A DNA stretch of 64,000 nucleotides from Hypanus sabinus (taxonomy: Eukaryota), in contig NC_082715.1 of the NCBI RefSeq assembly GCF_030144855.1, positions 49,600,001 to 49,664,000 of the forward strand, read 5' to 3'. This document shows positions 40,350 through 51,528 of the stretch, piece by piece. The notes beneath the pieces are model-generated. The model was not told the DNA's origin. It worked only from the letters and a program-made list of their open reading frames with translations, and made no database searches. The translations under genes were made by a program, and so were the position numbers. The stretch's first letter is position 1. Each line of letters opens with the position of its first letter.

Positions 40350-41243
40350 GTATAATTCCATATGATTATGTAAATTCTCTGTTATCTCTCTTACCCGGAC
40401 TTTTCTGTTTTCCCCAATACATTAACTTCACTGAATCTCAATAGCAGGGCACCAGGTGTAAGCAGTCAGTATTGTTGGTAGAATTATTAGAGTTTAAAAA
40501 CTCATTTGGTACTGGAATGAAGGTGGTAATTGCATTGGATTTTGCACTGTGAATGCTGAAGGTTATGACATAACAGCAGAGGAGCAGAGACAGCAACTTC
40601 TGGATTTTAACTGAATATCTACTGATGCTAAAAGGTGTCACAATGACTTGGAAATAAATTCAGGTCTTTACTGTCTCAAAGTTAGTGTTACTTCATATCC
40701 CAGATATTTTCTCCAGTTCATAGTTGGTTCATACAGAGATTGTGATACTTTGGCTTTAGGTTTAGGTTTGAGCAGCCCTGCAGTTTTCTAAAATATCATC
40801 AACCAAGTATGTTGTAATGGTCTTTCCAGAAATATTAATACCCAGTTGCCCAATCTTCATGTTGTCTGAAGAGTCATGTAACAAGAGCTTTTTAGTCATA
40901 AGTCTGATTAAGTATCTGCATTAGAAGATGGGAGAAAAGGAAGATTATTCGATTTCTGCTTCCCAACTAAAAGCAAAAGCAGTGTTTCAGTCAGAAATCA
41001 GAAACCTTTTGGCCGTTCATTCTTTTGCAAATGGATTTGCTGAATATTAGGCATACTTGAAGGTGTTACTGAGTAGAGCAATATCATGTTACACGTATTG
41101 GATGATACAGCAATTGTGCATCAGTGAGGGTCAAAACATAATAAATCAGGAACCAGAATCCCAGGTATGCTTGCTTTTCTAGTTGTTGTCACTTTTCTCT
41201 CAAAAGTTACAAGAATCAGACGTGAAGAATCACGACCACTTCC
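40350..41243 (-). pseudogene. WDCP: WDCP pseudogene, distal part of the large coding exon
   Basis: [105 protein letters not shown] matches human WDCP TGQDSSHLVLVTF...IPGILVPDL...SNTCN...PNIQQI...ERPKGICFLT...VGKQK...FLPSS. Stops at 41121-41123 and 40998-41000; frameshift at ~40910. The lower boundary is uncertain. Confidence 0.9.
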
Positions 41244-41420
41244 TGTTGTCTTTACATATCAATTAAGTAAAAGCACGCAGGGGAGATGGCTTTAATTGGT
41301 GTATTCACATTGCAGTGAGAGAGAGATCAATGCGCATGCACAGACAATAGTCCGTGGGTAGAGCTAAGGGGCGTCATTGCTCTAAAAGAAATAAATCGAT
41401 ACATTACACTTCCTCCCCCT
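41244..41420 (-). mobile_element. Short Gypsy-type LTR (165 bp) with adjacent polypurine tract
   Basis: Minus strand reads agggggaggaag (PPT), then TGTaatgt...aagacaACA (41408 to 41244). Confidence 0.65.
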
Positions 41421-41526
41421 TGAGATTAATGTAACAAAATTGTATATGTACAAAACTTTCAATTTGCCTTTTACAAATCATATTCAAATAAAAAATGAGA
41501 AAATATGCAGATGCTGGAAATCTGAG

Positions 41527-41922
41527 TGTAATGCCTTGGGAAAGATTTCAGTGAATCTTATGGTCTTTCTGTAGAAGCAGTATTTGGGTTATGGTTAGAG
41601 ATAATGGATGCTTTGGAATGTGTGCCATCTAATCAGGGGAGAGGGCTTTTTTATGTGAGCTGGGGCCTTTGTTTGGTGGGAGATAGAGAGAGAAAACACT
41701 GGAGAGAACCAATCATAGGATTCGACCCAGTAGGAAACCGTGATTTGATGGAGCAATGTGTGGAGGTATATTGAGGATCAGTGAATATGACTTTTGGAAG
41801 AGTTGAGCTCCAACTTGTGCATATTTGACAGTTTAATCATAATGGTCCCTTTTTGTTTTTCTCTTTCTTTTCTTTACTAACCCTTTAGTTAACATTAATA
41901 AACATAATTCCTTTAATCGTAT
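41527..41922 (+). mobile_element. LTR-like fragment
   Basis: Starts tgtaatgcc and has AATAAA near its end. No coding similarity is recognisable. Confidence 0.35.
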
Positions 41923-42975
41923 TCACTGTGCTTCATAGAGCACCTCTGCTCCATCCATAAAAAGCAGAACTTCCTGGTGGGTAACCACTTTAATTCTGAC
42001 TCCCATTCCTGTTGCAACATGCCAGTTCATGGCCTCCTCTTGTGCCAAGACGAGGCCACCTTCTAAATGGAGGAGCAACATTTTATATTCCTTCTGGGTA
42101 GCCTCAAACCTGATAGTATGAATATTTATTTCTCCTTCCAGAAATTCTTTTCCCTCTCCCACCCCTCTGGTCGCCTCACTATAGGAAGGATGTGGAAACC
42201 ATAGAAAGGGTGCAGAGGAGATTTCCAAGGATGTTGCCTGGATTGGGGAAAATGCCTTATGAGAATAGGTTGAGTAAATTTGGTCTTTTCTCCTTGGACT
42301 GACGGAAGATGAGAGGTGACCTTATAGAGGTGTATAATATGATGAGAGGCATTGATCATGTGGATAGTCAGAGGTTTTTCCCCAGGGCTGAAATGGCTGC
42401 CACAAGAGGGCACAGGTTTAAGGTGTTTGGGTGTAGGTACAGAGGAGATGTCAGGTGTAAGTTTTTTACTCAGAGAGTGGTGAGTGCGTGGAATGGGCTG
42501 CCAGTGGTGATGGTGGAGGTGGAAACGATAAGGTCTTTCCAGAGACTCCTGGATGGCTACATGGAGCTTAGAAAAATAGAGGGCTATGGGTAAAGCCCAG
42601 GTAGTTCTAAGGTAGGGACATGTTTGGCACAGCTTTGTGGACCGAAGGGTCTGTATTGTGCTGTAGGTTTTCTATGTTTCCTTTATTCCCCACTCTAGCC
42701 TTTTACCTCTTCTTTCCTGCCTATCACTTCCCCCTAAGTCCCTTCCTTCTTCCCCTTCTCCAGCCCTTTGCCTTTCCCACCCTCATAACTTCGTCTATCA
42801 CCTAACCTCCTTCCCCTCTCCCTATCTTTTTATTTTAGCGTCTTCCCCCTGACTTACCAGTCCTGAATAAGGGTATAGGCCCAAAACGTTAACTGTTTAT
42901 TTATTTCCATCAATGCTGCCTAACCTGCTGTGTTCCACCAGCATTTTGAATGTGCTACTTTGGATTTCTAGCTTC
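41923..42975 (+). mobile_element. Penelope 3' end/pLTR interrupted by a CR1 3' fragment (42168-42680)
   Basis: GIY-YIG end (..EEQHFIF.LGSLKPD.MNI.FS.F), CR1 RGDLIEVY..MRGID, and a pLTR tail with a decayed hammerhead at ~42862. Confidence 0.8.
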
Positions 42976-43240
42976 TAACGTGCTTTTTATACAGTTGTGC
43001 TACAGTTTGTGTATAACAAACAGACCCTAATGAAGCCCATCCAAATGTTCAAAACTTCCAAGAACATTGCTGTCTTCAAATTTTATCTCACCATTGACAA
43101 GGTAAACAGCAGTGAGGGCAACTTGCTCTCCATCTGCCCAGGCAATCCCATGAATTGGATGAACAGCTTGATGCAATACACTAATTCCAGTTCGCAGCAA
43201 TTTTGCTTTTCCGAGCTCCATGCTGACCAGCTTCAGAATC
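42976..43240 (-). pseudogene. WDCP: WDCP pseudogene, start of the large coding exon
   Basis: Acceptor ctccag|G at 43240 and ATG at 43221. [37 protein letters not shown]...[21 protein letters not shown] matches human [37 protein letters not shown] at 43027-43029 replaces a conserved Trp, followed by a frameshifted KKHV and a TE junction. Confidence 0.93.
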
Positions 43241-43451
43241 CTGGAGGTTATAAGACAGCAAATGAAAATCACTACTAACCAGTGTTTTTCTTCAATGAAT
43301 CTTACTCTTCAAGGCCTTAGCACAGCATATATATGATTAAATCAAAGGAAATTAATTTGCTAATGTCTGCATAACAGCAGATAAATGTTCATCTTACTGT
43401 GGTGAAAGTTAGAAAGGTGTAACCTTCACTAAGCAGCAGTCTGTTGCTTAC

Positions 43452-43476
43452 CTAAGACTTGTTCAATACAGCTATC
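43452..43476 (-). other. Candidate 25-nt non-coding micro-exon in WDCP intron 1
   Basis: actttcctttttag|GATAGCTGTATTGAACAAGTCTTAG|gtaagc on the minus strand. Confidence 0.35.
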
Positions 43477-44824
43477 CTAAAAAGGAAAGTTGCTGGATCT
43501 CATTGAATCCAGAATGAGACTTGAACTCAATAGAAATTCAGGCACTATTCTTTTCCCCAAGTTAAAAATAATGGATATTTTAAATTCTCACAAATAATTA
43601 CCAAGTAAATCAATCAAATACAAAATAATGGAAAGGCTTGGTCTTTCCGCTGCAATAAATATAACAGGAAATGTATTTTTCAGCTGCTTTTTGAAGAGCA
43701 AAAGAAAACAAACAGAAAAGCCAACTTTGTTAAATTTTATATAAGCTCTTCTATGATACAACTTCTTACAATGAAAATCCTGGATGAAAATTTACCATAA
43801 TGTATTTTTAATCCCACGTTTATCAATAACTGACAGTGGTGATAGTTTTTCTTGCTCACAGTGGTAGAAGTCATATGTAGATATAAAGCAGGTCTCGAAT
43901 TAGATAAAACCAAACTAGCCCAAGAATGAAATGATACTGAAACTAGCTCATAGATGCTAGCAATAAAACTAAAAGAGGGCAAAATGGTGAAAACATAATT
44001 ACAATTGAGCAGTGTAAAGGATGCTCACTAATGACAAAGTATAAAGTTTTAATGTACTACCAGAAATGATATGGTTTATATTTAAATCATATGTAGGTGC
44101 TATACCACTATATAACTTCTATAAATCTCAAGTATTCTTTTATGCTTTAAGCATCAGTTGCAACACAAATTGTTAAAGTCTAATACATATTGCTCTGTGA
44201 TTAGATCTCACATTTCTTTCTCAATGCCAGAATATTTTAAAAATGTATCTTTCAAAACTCTTCATTTTTTGTAGTCTCCGATCAATGCACAGCTGATGCA
44301 CGTAGGCAATTGTACGAAGGCTAAGCTTTAAAACATCATCCATTGATTCACTGAAGCATGTGAGAAAAAGGATCCTTATGCTAACATTCACAAAAGAATA
44401 TATACATGACTGTATACATCACCCTTCAATAACTAATGTCCAAACAGGAGCCTGAACAAAATGGATTACTTCCCATATCTCTAAAGCCACTTTGTAACAA
44501 AAGCTGATAGAGATGAGGAAGGAGCAGTGTATTCAGTGCATCACCACAGCCTTTGGCTGTCCAAGGAAAAAAGTATTTGAAGGTAAAAGTTTACAGCATA
44601 CCAGGCAGCAGTGATCCTGCTCTCCCACACACGTCTGTAACTATCTATACTGTAGTAGGGATATTAAAGCACATTGATGCTGGCTCTGTGAAATCCTCCA
44701 AATCCACTGCCAAATAAGTGAAACAATCCAGCAGCCTCTCCCAAATCAACAACCCTAGTGCCAAGTCCCTAATTATACTCAGGTGGATAAAAACCACAAA
44801 CTTTTCCAGCTGCCACCAACTGGG

Positions 44825-45912
44825 AAATGGCTGTGGCAATAAATTTTACAGATTCACCACTCATTGGCTAAAGAAATTCGACCTCATCTCCGTTCTGAAA
44901 GGATGCCCCCTATTCTGAGGCTGTGTCCTCTGGTCTTACACTTGCCCACCATAGGAAACATACTCTCCACATCCACTCTATTGAGGCCTTTCAACATTCG
45001 ATAGGTTTCAATGAGGTCACCCCTGTCTTCTGAATTCCATTGAGTACAGGCCCAATGCTATCAAACTCTCTTCATATGACTAGCCTTTCGATCCCAGAAT
45101 CATTTTCATGAACCTCCTTTGAACCCCCTCCAATGTCAGCACATCCTTTATGGGGCCCAAAACTGCTCACAATACTCCAAGTGAGGCCACGCCAGTGCTA
45201 TATAGGGCCTCTCAGCATTATATTCTTGCTTTTATATTCTAGTTTTCTTGAAATGAATGCTGACATCACACAAACGCCTTCCTCACCACTGACCACACAC
45301 TTCCTGACAGTGTATTCCATTAGCCACTTTGCCTATTTCCCTAATCTAAGTTCTTCAGTAGCCTCTCTACTTCCTCAAAACTACCTGCCTCCCATCTAAC
45401 TTTGTATGATCTGCAAATTTTGCAACACAGCCATCAATTTCACTCATCCAAGTCATTGACATATAACGTAAAAAGGAGTGGTCCCAACACAGACCCCTGT
45501 GGAGTACCACTAGTCACCGGCAGCCAACCAGGAAAGGCTCCCTTTATTCACACTTTTGCCTCCTGCGAATCAGCTACTGATTTATCCATGCCTGATTTTC
45601 CCTTGTGGAATCCAATCTGACTCAGGCCTATTTTATCATGTGCTACCAAGTATCCCGAAACCACGACGTTAATAATCAACTCCAACATCTTCCCAGCCAC
45701 TGAGGTCAGATTAGCTGTGCCATAATTTCCTTTCTTCTGCAACATCACACACTTCTGCTCCCATGACACTCTCAAACTTCCAGCTTACTGCTAGTGTCTT
45801 CCACAGTGAAGACATATGCAAAATACTTATTCGGTTTGTCTGCCATTTCCCTGTCTTCCATTACTACCTCCAGCATCATTTTCCAGTGGTCCCATATCCA
45901 TTCTTGCCTTTT
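44825..45912 (-). mobile_element. CR1 LINE fragment with multiple deletions
   Basis: KYFAYVFTVED, GKMLELII and [13 protein letters not shown] remnants. Confidence 0.8.
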
Positions 45913-46424
45913 ATATTTTATATACTGGTTGAAGTGCTTGAAATATTTTACTGCATTGATAATATTATGCAGATACATGTTTGTCAAATAAGCAACAGAT
46001 TAAATAAAAAGCTGTTGCAATCATTGTTTATTCCAATAATTAATACCGTTGGACAAGTTAAAGTGAAGTTAATTCACTAAGACAATCACAGTTCCAATCT
46101 TTGAGATGCCTGGTCTAAAAAAAATCAGTGGCTCTAACCCAGTATATATTACAAACTGAGAGCCTATAGATTTTTAATTGCTTCAATAATTCCAAAATTA
46201 AGGTATTACTTTTCCTTTCAGGAACTACAAGCTAGGAATTTGTACTCACAGTTCTTCACACAGTTGTGAGATTAGTTACCAGATCATTTTAATGTGCTCA
46301 TTCACAAGATTGAATGTCATCAATAATCAGCAGCACTGGTCATTGCTACAGGTCATTTACAGGTCATTGCTAAAAGTCTGCTGAAGTAAACTGTATGCTG
46401 GACAATTTTAACCGGCATTTATAA

Positions 46425-46640
46425 GTCACAAGATTTCCTTGCCTGAATGGTATTAGTGAATTAGATGGGTTTTTACAACAATCCAGTCCAGTCATTTCAA
46501 ACAGTCACCATTATGGACATTAGATATTTAAGTCAGTAATTATTTAGTTACTTAAATTTTAATTCTCCTGTTGTTAATTAATGTGAGGGTTCAAAATCCA
46601 ATGTCTCTAAAGGTCTAGTAATTTAACTGCTCTGCTACAT
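46425..46640 (-). mobile_element. tRNA-derived shark-type SINE, degraded
   Basis: atttccttgcctgaa...attagtgaa..agatgggtttttacaacaatcc...gtcaccatta. A related copy lies on + at ~58800-59080. Confidence 0.5.
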
Positions 46641-46669
46641 TACAGTATTTAAGTGATAATCTTAGATCA

Positions 46670-46762
46670 GGACATGGGATCACTTACATGACCCTGAGGA
46701 ATTACAGAATCATTATTTAATGTTTAGTTCAGACAGTACACCACTCCCTCAATGCTGCACCC
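46670..46762 (-). mobile_element. DeuSINE/AmnSINE-like remnant
   Basis: catgggatc.cttacat...tttaatgt...gacagtaca.cactccctca.tgctgcac resembles the Deu-domain reverse complement (from recall). Confidence 0.4.
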
Positions 46763-47519
46763 ACAGGACCATAAGGTGTAAGTAGATCATTGAAAAAGAC
46801 CTTGGCAAATCTGATTCATTCACCACTTTCTCCCCCTTTCCCCAATATTCTTATAATTACAAATCTTACATTTACATGTACACAACGATTTTACTCCCAC
46901 AATTCTCTGTGGCATGGAGTTCCAAAGAAATCCTTCCTCACATCAGTACTAAATGGGCACCCCCTCATTCTGAGACTATGCCCTGTTTTTGGACTTCCTT
47001 GTGAAAAGAAACATCCTGTCAGTATTTTACCAATCTAACTTCCTAACAATCTTAACTTTGAGTCAATCCCTACCCCCCCCCCCATATCTAGAATCATCCA
47101 AATGAACCTTAAAAACAAGCTGTTTACTGCAGTCTCTCTCGTGCAGTAGGGATGCCTTTCTTTTACACTGCAACCCTTTTAAGTTAATACCAATCTCCCA
47201 ATGCCCCTTTGCTGCACTTGTCCAAGCTTTCAGTATTTTGTATACAAAACGCCCCAAATTCTTTTACGCTGCAGATGTTTGCAATTTTCTCTATCTTCGT
47301 CCGCCTCCCAAAATAATCAACCTAGCATTTTAACTTGAATCCATGAATGAACCAGACTTTCAGTAGTAGATGAAAGAAATGTGGATTGGGGAACTGTTAC
47401 AGTGTTGGATGTGAGTAGTCTTGAGCTTCTTAAGCATTTCTTCCCTTCCACAATCACTGAACGTTTGGGAAAGGGATGGGGGAATAAAGGCTCCTTCGCC
47501 TTTGGCATGGCTTCACTAC

Positions 47520-47810
47520 TCCCGGGCAATGACCCGTCCACCACTAAAGAATCCGGGCAGCCCTGACTCACCCTTCGCCCTCTCACTTTTTTTGTCGGTT
47601 TCCCCTCAACAAAAGCAGCCTAACGCCTCGACGGAAACATCGTCATGGCAACCGCTGCACTTCCGGTCAAGCGGAGCTGGAACTGGCGGGGTGGGGGGGC
47701 GACAGTATTCCTGAGAACCTTCCCCTGGGCTGGAGTCGTCAGGAGGTATGAGTGCGGTTAACTGTGGAAATAGCAACGTAACACATCCTTGCTGCTAAAA
47801 TGGCAGGAGA
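47520..47810. promoter_or_regulatory. CpG-rich, probably bidirectional promoter
   Basis: Local CpG cluster; ETS site ACTTCCGG at 47659-47666; RFX X-box-like ATCGTCATGGCAAC at 47639-47652; G-rich GC box at ~47687-47700; outward-facing donors AGG|GTGAGT (minus, 47572/47571) and GAG|GTATGA (plus, 47745/47746). Confidence 0.75.
47572..47660 (-). other. WDCP: Probable non-coding exon 1 of WDCP (pseudogene)
   Basis: Consensus donor gg|gtgagt upstream of the ATG-containing exon, matching the WDCP layout of a non-coding exon 1 plus a large exon 2. The TSS is not determinable. Confidence 0.6.
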
Positions 47811-48149
47811 GCATACACATTGCCGCCACTTTCCCAATAAATCAACCTGCGTTGTTTTGGTCATATTTTCCATTTCCTTGTTCGATGGAGGGCTGAGCGT
47901 TTTAAAATTTTTTTAAATGACCCAAAAATCAGCCAATCCAAAACTACCCGAATGACCGTCCACCAAAAGCATATCAAACAACATGCCGGAAAATGAAAAG
48001 CCATATATTTATTAAGCAAGAACAAAGACTATGCGCTCGTGGTATACAAATCATTTTGAATTGGATAAAGCAATGGTCTGTACCCAAGTATTTTTTCAGA
48101 AATTAAAAAAACAAAAATTGCCGTAAGTTTCAATTGGCCAGTAGCACCT

Positions 48150-49290
48150 GTATAACTATCTTTTTAAAAGAGCATTTAAATTTAAAGCCCCGTCATCATA
48201 ACTGGAAAGGGGAGAAAACAATTTAGCTGTAAATTGCAGAGGATGAGGGTCAGATGGATAGGACAAAGTGAACACCTTTGATAGGCTGAAGCCATGTTAG
48301 CCATGGTGATAAGCCGTTTACAAAGCGAAATATGCATTGATTAATGAGGCTGTGAGGAGAGAAAAACAAAGGGTCATATAAAAAGTAAAATCTAGGTTAG
48401 AGTTATTCAAAAGAACTGAGTGCAAAGAGAATTTAAAAAATGCCAGAAGATTTTGCTTTGTACATGGAGAGGGTAGAACTGAATCAACATACAAAGTAGA
48501 TAACTTTTCAGGAGAATTTTAAGATGTAGTGCTGTTCCTCAAATTTACATTTGTCTTGTTAGAAGTGTGCAGACTTAAGACAAATTAGAAATGGATTGGA
48601 TAGAGAATTATAGCAACATGTGTAATTCATCACCCAATTTACATTTGTTTTTTTCCAAAGTAGAGGAGGTTGGATCATAAACATCTAATACAATACAATA
48701 TTGAAGAAGTAAAAGCAAACAGCTGGAGGAACTGTTGGGTTCCTGAACCATGGGAAGAGTTGATGTAAAAGAACAGATGTATTATTTACAGCAGTTGCAT
48801 TGGGATTGCAGCAAGAAGGGGCATAGAAAATTGTATGCAAGTGAAGACCACAGAATCACAAAGGGAATGGTCCCTTCAGAATACCAAGAGGAAAGAAAAG
48901 GGGTTGATATAACTAATAGGGGAATTTTGCTGAAGTGGTAGAAAAGGAAAAGGATGAACAGTTGTATGTGGAGTCTGGTGGAAGAAAAAGTGAGGAGTAG
49001 GGATGATCTATCCTTATTCTTGGCCAGCGGGGTTTGGTAAGAGCAATGGCACAGAAGATATTTGTAACAGGATTGAGGGCTTCATGGCATAGAAGTCATG
49101 ATGGAGGAACAGATATTGCAGAGATGGAGAAACAAGGAGAATTAAATGGAGTCCTGACAAAAGGAATCTGTAGACTTATCATATATGTTTGTCACTAACC
49201 TTCCTCCTGAGAGTAAAACAGAAAGATCTGGAAAGAGAAAGAGGAATCATGTGAGGAGAGCAGGTTTGGCAGCAAAAATAATAAAAATTT
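48150..49290 (-). mobile_element. Old degraded Penelope-like element
   Basis: Purine-rich plus strand with patches matching the 10.7-11.7 kb copy (e.g. aatggagtcc, tctgtagacttat, ggatgaacagttg). Confidence 0.4.
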
Positions 49291-49414
49291 TGAGTTTGGG
49301 GACTAGCATAAAACTCTTTTATTTACAAGTTGAGGGGGCATGAACAGGACTGAAACTACAAATGTGCCATGTAACCCACAAAAAGATAGACATTGTTTGG
49401 ATCCATGCAATTTC

Positions 49415-49758
49415 AAAGTAGATCTATTAACAAAGATCCTATATGTCACCATGTACAACCCTGAGATTAATTTTCTTATAGGCATACACATTAAATCCAA
49501 GAAACAATAGAAACAGTGAAAGACTACACCCAACAGATCAGACAAACAACTAATGTGCAAAAGACAACAAACTCTGCAAATACAAAAGAAAAAATATCAA
49601 TAAATATCGAGAACATGAGAAGAAGAGCCCTTGAAAGTGATTTCATAGGTTGTGGGAACATTTCAGTGGTGGAGGCAGTAAAGCTGATGAAGTTATCCCC
49701 TCTGGTTCAAGAGCGTGCTGGTTGAGGGGTAATAACTGTCCCTGAACCTGGTGTTGTG
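49415..49758 (-). mobile_element. Rex1-like 3' tail, target of the LTR element; resumes at 51192-51300
   Basis: atatgtcaccat.tacaaccctgagatt...aataactgt.cctgaacctggtg on the left, continuing ...ctgatggcagcaatgagaagagagc after 51192. Confidence 0.65.
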
Positions 49759-51191
49759 TATTATGTTTTGTAACTTCAAAACATTAAACTAATTCAAAGG
49801 AAGACACAGGAGTCTAAAATGTGAGTCTACCATCATGTTCGCTTGAAGCAAGGTGTCAAGTATCACTTGGTAGAGTCATTACATATGGAATTCTTGTATT
49901 TTTACATATAACCCATAGTGAGTTATTTAAATGAACAAGATTGATTAATCGAACATTATTTACAATATCACTCAAATATTACTTAAATATTAAATAAACA
50001 CCACTCCACCCTGCTTAGCTATAAACTCCATCTCAATATAGAATGCATCTCAACTACATTTGTATATACAGTATACTATATAATAAAACTACTATATTCA
50101 GGCATCCACAGGATAGTATATATTAATTTGATCCAGTCAGGCCCAAGGATTTAATTGCTGTGGAAGATTTCTTACTCTTGTGGATAATATCTTTCCTGAC
50201 AGCTGCTTGGTAGGTGAGACAGCTCTGGACACCCTACTTTCTAGTACTTTCCTTTTTCTTCTTCTAGTTTGTGCATCTTGATCTTGGAAAGGTGCATTTA
50301 GTTCACTGGAGTATTATTAATCCTCCTATTGCTACCTTTACAATCTGAACTCTCCTCTTGGTTTCAGCATCCTGCTGGGCTTTGGTCTTTGCATCTACTT
50401 CTACAAGCAGCTTTCTGTCTCCCACTTGAAGTTCATGTAATAACCTTAATGCACACAGAGTAGATTCTGGTTCTTTAAACTCACAAAAGCTGAATGCTTG
50501 CAACTTAATGATGTTCCTTGAACTCTCTTCTAGCTTAAAATGAAGCCATATTTTGCAAGTAACTACATGATTAACATATCAGAAGCTTTCTCAGATACGT
50601 TGCCTAGAAAAATTGTTGTAGTCAGAACATTGCTTTTGTCATTTCCACACTTCCTCTGAGGGGCATGATCCATCCCTGGTCCAAAATACTTTCCAACTGG
50701 AGGAACAGAGGGTCAGCACCTGTTTGGCCTCTGTTGGCCCATGGTTCATGATGTACAGCATGGAGACAGTTGCAACAGCATCCAGTACCATTCTTAATTC
50801 ACTTTCAGTTGAGGCTATTGCAAGGACGTGACATGCAAATGGTGGATGGATCTCTAATCAAGTTGCAGTTGCCTCAACCACTCACGTCCCCACAAAGCTG
50901 GCCCTCCTGATTTTACCCTTGATATGTTTGAATTTTCAAATGCCAATCTTCAATACTGCTGTGCTGTAACTTCAAAATGTTAAACTAATTCAAAGAAAGA
51001 CATGGGAGTCCGGAATGTGAGTCTAACTTCTTGTTTACTTTAAGCAAGGCACTGTGTATCACATGATAGTGTCATGATGTATATAATTCATGTATTTTAC
51101 ATATAACCCGTAGTGAATTATTGAAATAAACAAGAATGCTTAATCAAACAATGTTTACAATTTTACTCAAGTATTACTCAAATACACAACA
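49759..51191 (-). mobile_element. Non-autonomous Gypsy-derived LTR element carrying an RBM25 retro-fragment
   Basis: Direct repeats of ~240 bp at 49759-50003 and 50957-51191. PPT-like aagcagggtggag abuts the 3' LTR. Protease-end remnant VKSGGPALWGREWLRQLQLD*RSIHHL at ~50830-50920. Integrase C-terminal remnant ERYYP.RVRNLPQQLN at ~50140-50200. Confidence 0.85.
50240..50720 (-). pseudogene. RBM25: Processed RBM25 fragment (RRM and flanks)
   Basis: VGKYFGPGMDH...TTTIFLGNVSEKASDMLIM*LLAKYGFILS*KRVQGTS/KLQAFSFCEFKEPESTLCALRLLHELQVGDRKLLVEVDAKTKAQ...ETKRR...YSSELNAP matches the RBM25 RRM (TTVFVGNISEKASDMLIRQLLAKCG...LQAFGFCEYKEPESTLRALRLLHDLQIGEKKLLVKVDAKTKAQ). No introns; contains stops and frameshifts. 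Confidence 0.9.
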
Positions 51192-51399
51192 GTTTGGGTC
51201 TAATGTATCTTCTTTCTGATGGCAGCAATGAGAAGAGAGCTGTAATGTTCTATGTACTGCTTGAATACCTTCGTATTCAAGGCAGGATGGTCTGAAAACC
51301 CTCTGCTTTTTCCTTGAAAAGAAGCTCAAACATTTGCCCTCTCCTAACATACATATTTGTCTGGACAAACCCATTCTCACATTGAACAACTTAAGCTCA

Positions 51400-51515
51400 A
51401 TTAAATTGACTACATGGCTTTCCTTCAGTTGCCCTCCATTTTCCTCCTGCATCCCATGTGTGGGCTGGTAGGTTATGAGGCCATTGCACATTGCCCCTTA
51501 ACTCTACTATGGGCA
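51400..51515 (+). mobile_element. V-SINE (HE1-like) core fragment
   Basis: tggctttccttc...tccattttcctcc..catccca...ggtaggtta...ggccattg...attgcccct. Confidence 0.5.
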
Positions 51516-51528
51516 GTCCTGATTATGA

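Noticed and set aside
37100-47500. SF3B6, PFN4 or TP53I3 exons expected from human synteny; WDCP exons 3-4
   Set aside because: No convincing translated match was found on either strand.
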